42,869 nucleotides of DNA, taken from a virus. Location of the stretch: IMG/VR virus record IMGVR_UViG_3300045922_000174; one strand, written 5' to 3'. Positions 41,025 through 42,869 of the stretch are shown here, in pieces. The position numbers were made by a program, and so were the translations under genes. The notes below the pieces were generated by a model. The model was not told the origin of the DNA, searched no databases, and worked only from the letters and a program-made list of their open reading frames with translations. The stretch's first letter is position 1, and each line of letters begins with the position of its first letter.

Positions 41025-41536
41025 TAATCCGATTTGAAAATGAAGAGACTGCCGGGCGCGCGCTTGCGCGCGCCCATTCTACGCTTAAATGGCGCGCATT
41101 CATCAATCGGGTTGAGGATAGCATCGCCGTATGCCCGACCAATCCACAAATCAATGCGGAGACACTGCGCGCCGTCCGCCCCATGCGTCCCGTCTGCGCG
41201 TTCTTCGATGATAAACCGGTGTTCGAGGACAACATCATCGAAACGTGGGCAATCTGCGCCTCGTTCGGGGAGAACGCAAATTGGAAAGTCTTGAAGGGGA
41301 ACATCTACTATGTCCCCCTGTACATGGACATCCGCACATCCCGCCAATGGTACGCATTGTTACCTGTAGGCAATGAGGCGGTGGTCAGGATAAAAAACGT
41401 GGACGACTTCAGTCCAACCCACAAGTATCCGTTGTCGTTCAACGGCACAGTAAAACTTATAAAGGGATATATCCCAAGAAAGGAGGAAGAAAATGATACA
41501 ACAGCGTCCTACTTTATCCATCTATTGCGACCGTAA
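41021..41536 (+). CDS. Hypothetical early protein (171 aa)
   Basis: ATG at 41021 (MIIRFENEETAGRALARA...) after AAAGGAGA. The track start at 40991 is not supported by an RBS. Confidence 0.65.
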   Translation: MIIRFENEETAGRALARAHSTLKWRAFINRVEDSIAVCPTNPQINAETLRAVRPMRPVCAFFDDKPVFEDNIIETWAICASFGENANWKVLKGNIYYVPLYMDIRTSRQWYALLPVGNEAVVRIKNVDDFSPTHKYPLSFNGTVKLIKGYIPRKEEENDTTASYFIHLLRP

Positions 41537-41825
41537 AACCCTCGAACGTGTCCGCCAAGTTGCGCGCGCGCACGGCTTCACCCACCTTCGAGGAAGCCGC
41601 ACAGGACATGGGTCTCCAAACCAAATCTTTGAAGCAATCGGCAAGGGAGACTTGGCACTGGTCAGGGTAGAAGGGATACGGCACGAGATATTGAGAGAAA
41701 TCGCCAAAGAGATTGAGAAAACTGCAGACACCACAGAACACGACCTCGAGGGCGTGTTGTTGCGAAAATTCGCACGCGCCCTCGAAGTTGCCGCATTATC
41801 GAAAATTAGGCTTGAACAATTATAA
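41493..41825 (+). CDS. Hypothetical protein (110 aa); possible ribbon-helix-helix-type DNA-binding N-terminus
   Basis: RBS is AAAGGAGGAA. TLSIYCDRKTLERVRQVARAHGF has a strand-helix pattern like RHH/CopG proteins, though weakly. It overlaps the preceding ORF by 44 nt. Its 3' end overlaps the convergent DUF1064 gene by 20 nt. Confidence 0.55.
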   Translation: MIQQRPTLSIYCDRKTLERVRQVARAHGFTHLRGSRTGHGSPNQIFEAIGKGDLALVRVEGIRHEILREIAKEIEKTADTTEHDLEGVLLRKFARALEVAALSKIRLEQL

Positions 41826-42144
41826 ATATACGCTCTGGATAGAGCATGTTTGCGAGACGCCACTTGAGTTTAAAGAGTGGCGTCTCGACACCTTTAACAT
41901 CCTCCACAAAGACCTTGCCGTCCGGCGTCTTGTACTCGAAATCCGCCTCGTAGAATACTGCCCGATAACGCTTGTCGTTGATAAACATGAATGGAACAAT
42001 CTCATATTTGGGATGAACGATAAGGTCTTTGATTTCACCGGCTTTCAGCAGAATGAGCAGTTCCGCATAACGATTTGCTTCAGCGGCACTGTCAAAGGTA
42101 ATGTTGTCAACAGACGTTCTGCGTGCATGATATTTGTTACTCAT
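41806..42144 (-). CDS. DUF1064-family protein (PD-(D/E)xK-like nuclease, putative resolvase-type)
   Basis: ATG at 42144 (MSNKYHARRTSVDNITFDSAAEANRYAELLILLKAGEIKDLIVHPKYEI...YEADFEY...VFVEDVKG) reproduces the KYxAxKTxxDGxxFDSxxEAxRYxxL ... YxADFxY ... EDVKG pattern of DUF1064. RBS is AAAGGAGA. Confidence 0.75.
   Translation of the reverse strand: MSNKYHARRTSVDNITFDSAAEANRYAELLILLKAGEIKDLIVHPKYEIVPFMFINDKRYRAVFYEADFEYKTPDGKVFVEDVKGVETPLFKLKWRLANMLYPERIFIIVQA
41853..41887 (+). terminator. Strong 12-bp hairpin just downstream of the rightward block (candidate terminator or RNA-end structure, no U-tract), inside the antisense DUF1064 CDS
   Basis: CGAGACGCCACT (41853..41864) pairs with AGTGGCGTCTCG (41876..41887) around an 11-nt loop. 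It starts 28 nt after the stop at 41825. Confidence 0.4.
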
Positions 42145-42869
42145 CGAATAGTCTCCTTTGCCCATACTTTCCGGGCTTGATGTAAAGCACTTCCTCTCTG
42201 TGAAGGAACTCTTCCCATTCCGGGCTTTCCATCTTTTCTTTGTCTGCCTTCTTGGCAGAATGCGCCACTCCGTCCTTGACCACCTTATAGCACAACCCCG
42301 CTTCGACCAGCCGGTTGTAAATCGGGTTGTCGTATGAGGAAAGCGCAAATGAACCCTTCACCTGAAGCAACAGGTCAACCAACTCCTCATGCTTTTCATC
42401 GCTCATCTCATGGGTATATACGATTTTTTCCTTGCGTGTTCCAGTCGGATACGGCGGGTCTAAATAGAACACGGTGTCAGGCGTGTCGTAACGTCGGATT
42501 ACATCGAGGGCGTCACGGTTATCAATGATGACATACTGCAGGCGTTCATGTATCCGTTGCAGACTTTCTTTGCGATGGGAAAATGCTATGGGAACGTTGG
42601 TTTTAACTGCGAACCTGAAACTGCCAGGGCGGTTTTGTTGAATACCTGAAAGCGCCATTGAAAGCATCACAAAAACTGCCCAAGCGCGGTCAACATCATC
42701 CGCTTCGACACGTCCGTCGTAAATATCAACTGCTTTCCTGTACTCCTCAAAGGAATACAATGTGTACTCGATTTTATGGCGGAAGACCTCGTACTTTTCC
42801 TTGTCCTGAAGAACGCGATACATGGTAACAATAGAGCCATTGATGTCATTGTAGAGTTCGGAGGGGTGG
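42137..42869 (-). CDS. C-terminal part of the Dam-like (D12 class) N6-adenine DNA methyltransferase (continues from 1..270 across the circular junction)
   Basis: It contains VFYLDPPYPTG (DPPY catalytic motif IV). The frame stays open upstream of the annotated Met at 42823 to the window end and joins the N-terminal part through the 127-bp overlap, giving a total of about 291 aa. Confidence 0.85.
   Translation of the reverse strand, partial: HPSELYNDINGSIVTMYRVLQDKEKYEVFRHKIEYTLYSFEEYRKAVDIYDGRVEADDVDRAWAVFVMLSMALSGIQQNRPGSFRFAVKTNVPIAFSHRKESLQRIHERLQYVIIDNRDALDVIRRYDTPDTVFYLDPPYPTGTRKEKIVYTHEMSDEKHEELVDLLLQVKGSFALSSYDNPIYNRLVEAGLCYKVVKDGVAHSAKKADKEKMESPEWEEFLHREEVLYIKPGKYGQRRLFDE
42743..42869. 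repeat. Terminal direct repeat, copy 2 (identical to 1..127)
   Basis: Exact 127-nt identity with the window start. The unique genome length is therefore 42,742 bp. Confidence 0.9.

Noticed and set aside
1-42869. tRNA genes, integrase/excisionase/CI-like repressor genes (lysogeny module), reverse transcriptase (DGR or retron), and CRISPR-Cas or toxin-antitoxin cassettes.
   Set aside because: I found no cloverleaf-compatible GTTCRANNC-type T-arm contexts and no recombinase, RT or repressor motifs in any ORF. Their absence rests on reading by eye and should be confirmed with tRNAscan-SE and profile searches.

Overview
This window looks like a complete, circularly closed tailed-phage genome of about 42.7 kb. 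Bases 1..127 are identical to 42743..42869, which fits an assembler overlap, and the junction splits a Dam-class (D12) N6-adenine methyltransferase gene. I recognise no tail tube, sheath, tape measure, integrase, repressor, tRNA or CRISPR, so the phage appears podovirus-like and lytic. A minus-strand gene train of about 39 kb starts at a consensus sigma70-like promoter (38119..38147). It runs through a holin-like gene, terS, terL, portal, a 4,783-codon giant ORF, scaffold, major capsid, a glycosyltransferase plus zinc-ribbon pair, tail and fibre genes and a GH25 endolysin. It continues through RecT, a DnaD-like replisome organiser, a G39P-like loader, a beta sliding clamp, the methyltransferase and a DUF1064 nuclease. 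A 3-kb plus-strand early block (38852..41825) of eight small unknown genes starts at a divergent consensus promoter (38785..38813). The most interesting signals are: (1) the giant ORF, one third of the genome, sits in the minor-head-protein slot. It carries a GGDEF-type nucleotide-cyclase-like domain, three tandem copies of an unrecognised ~480-615-aa module, an HExxH zincin and a ParB-like domain, which is the architecture of an ejected polyvalent effector. (2) A ~540-bp GC-rich, apparently non-coding island packed with CACAGGAA and CTGGA(A)CGC motifs lies between the two divergent promoters. (3) My manual scan found no GATC anywhere in the genome, even though the phage encodes a Dam-class methyltransferase. 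(4) TCGTTACA iteron arrays occur both inside the organiser gene and in an intergenic region. (5) Two conserved hairpins can sequester the Shine-Dalgarno sequences of early genes. All functional calls come from motif recognition by eye; no searches were run.
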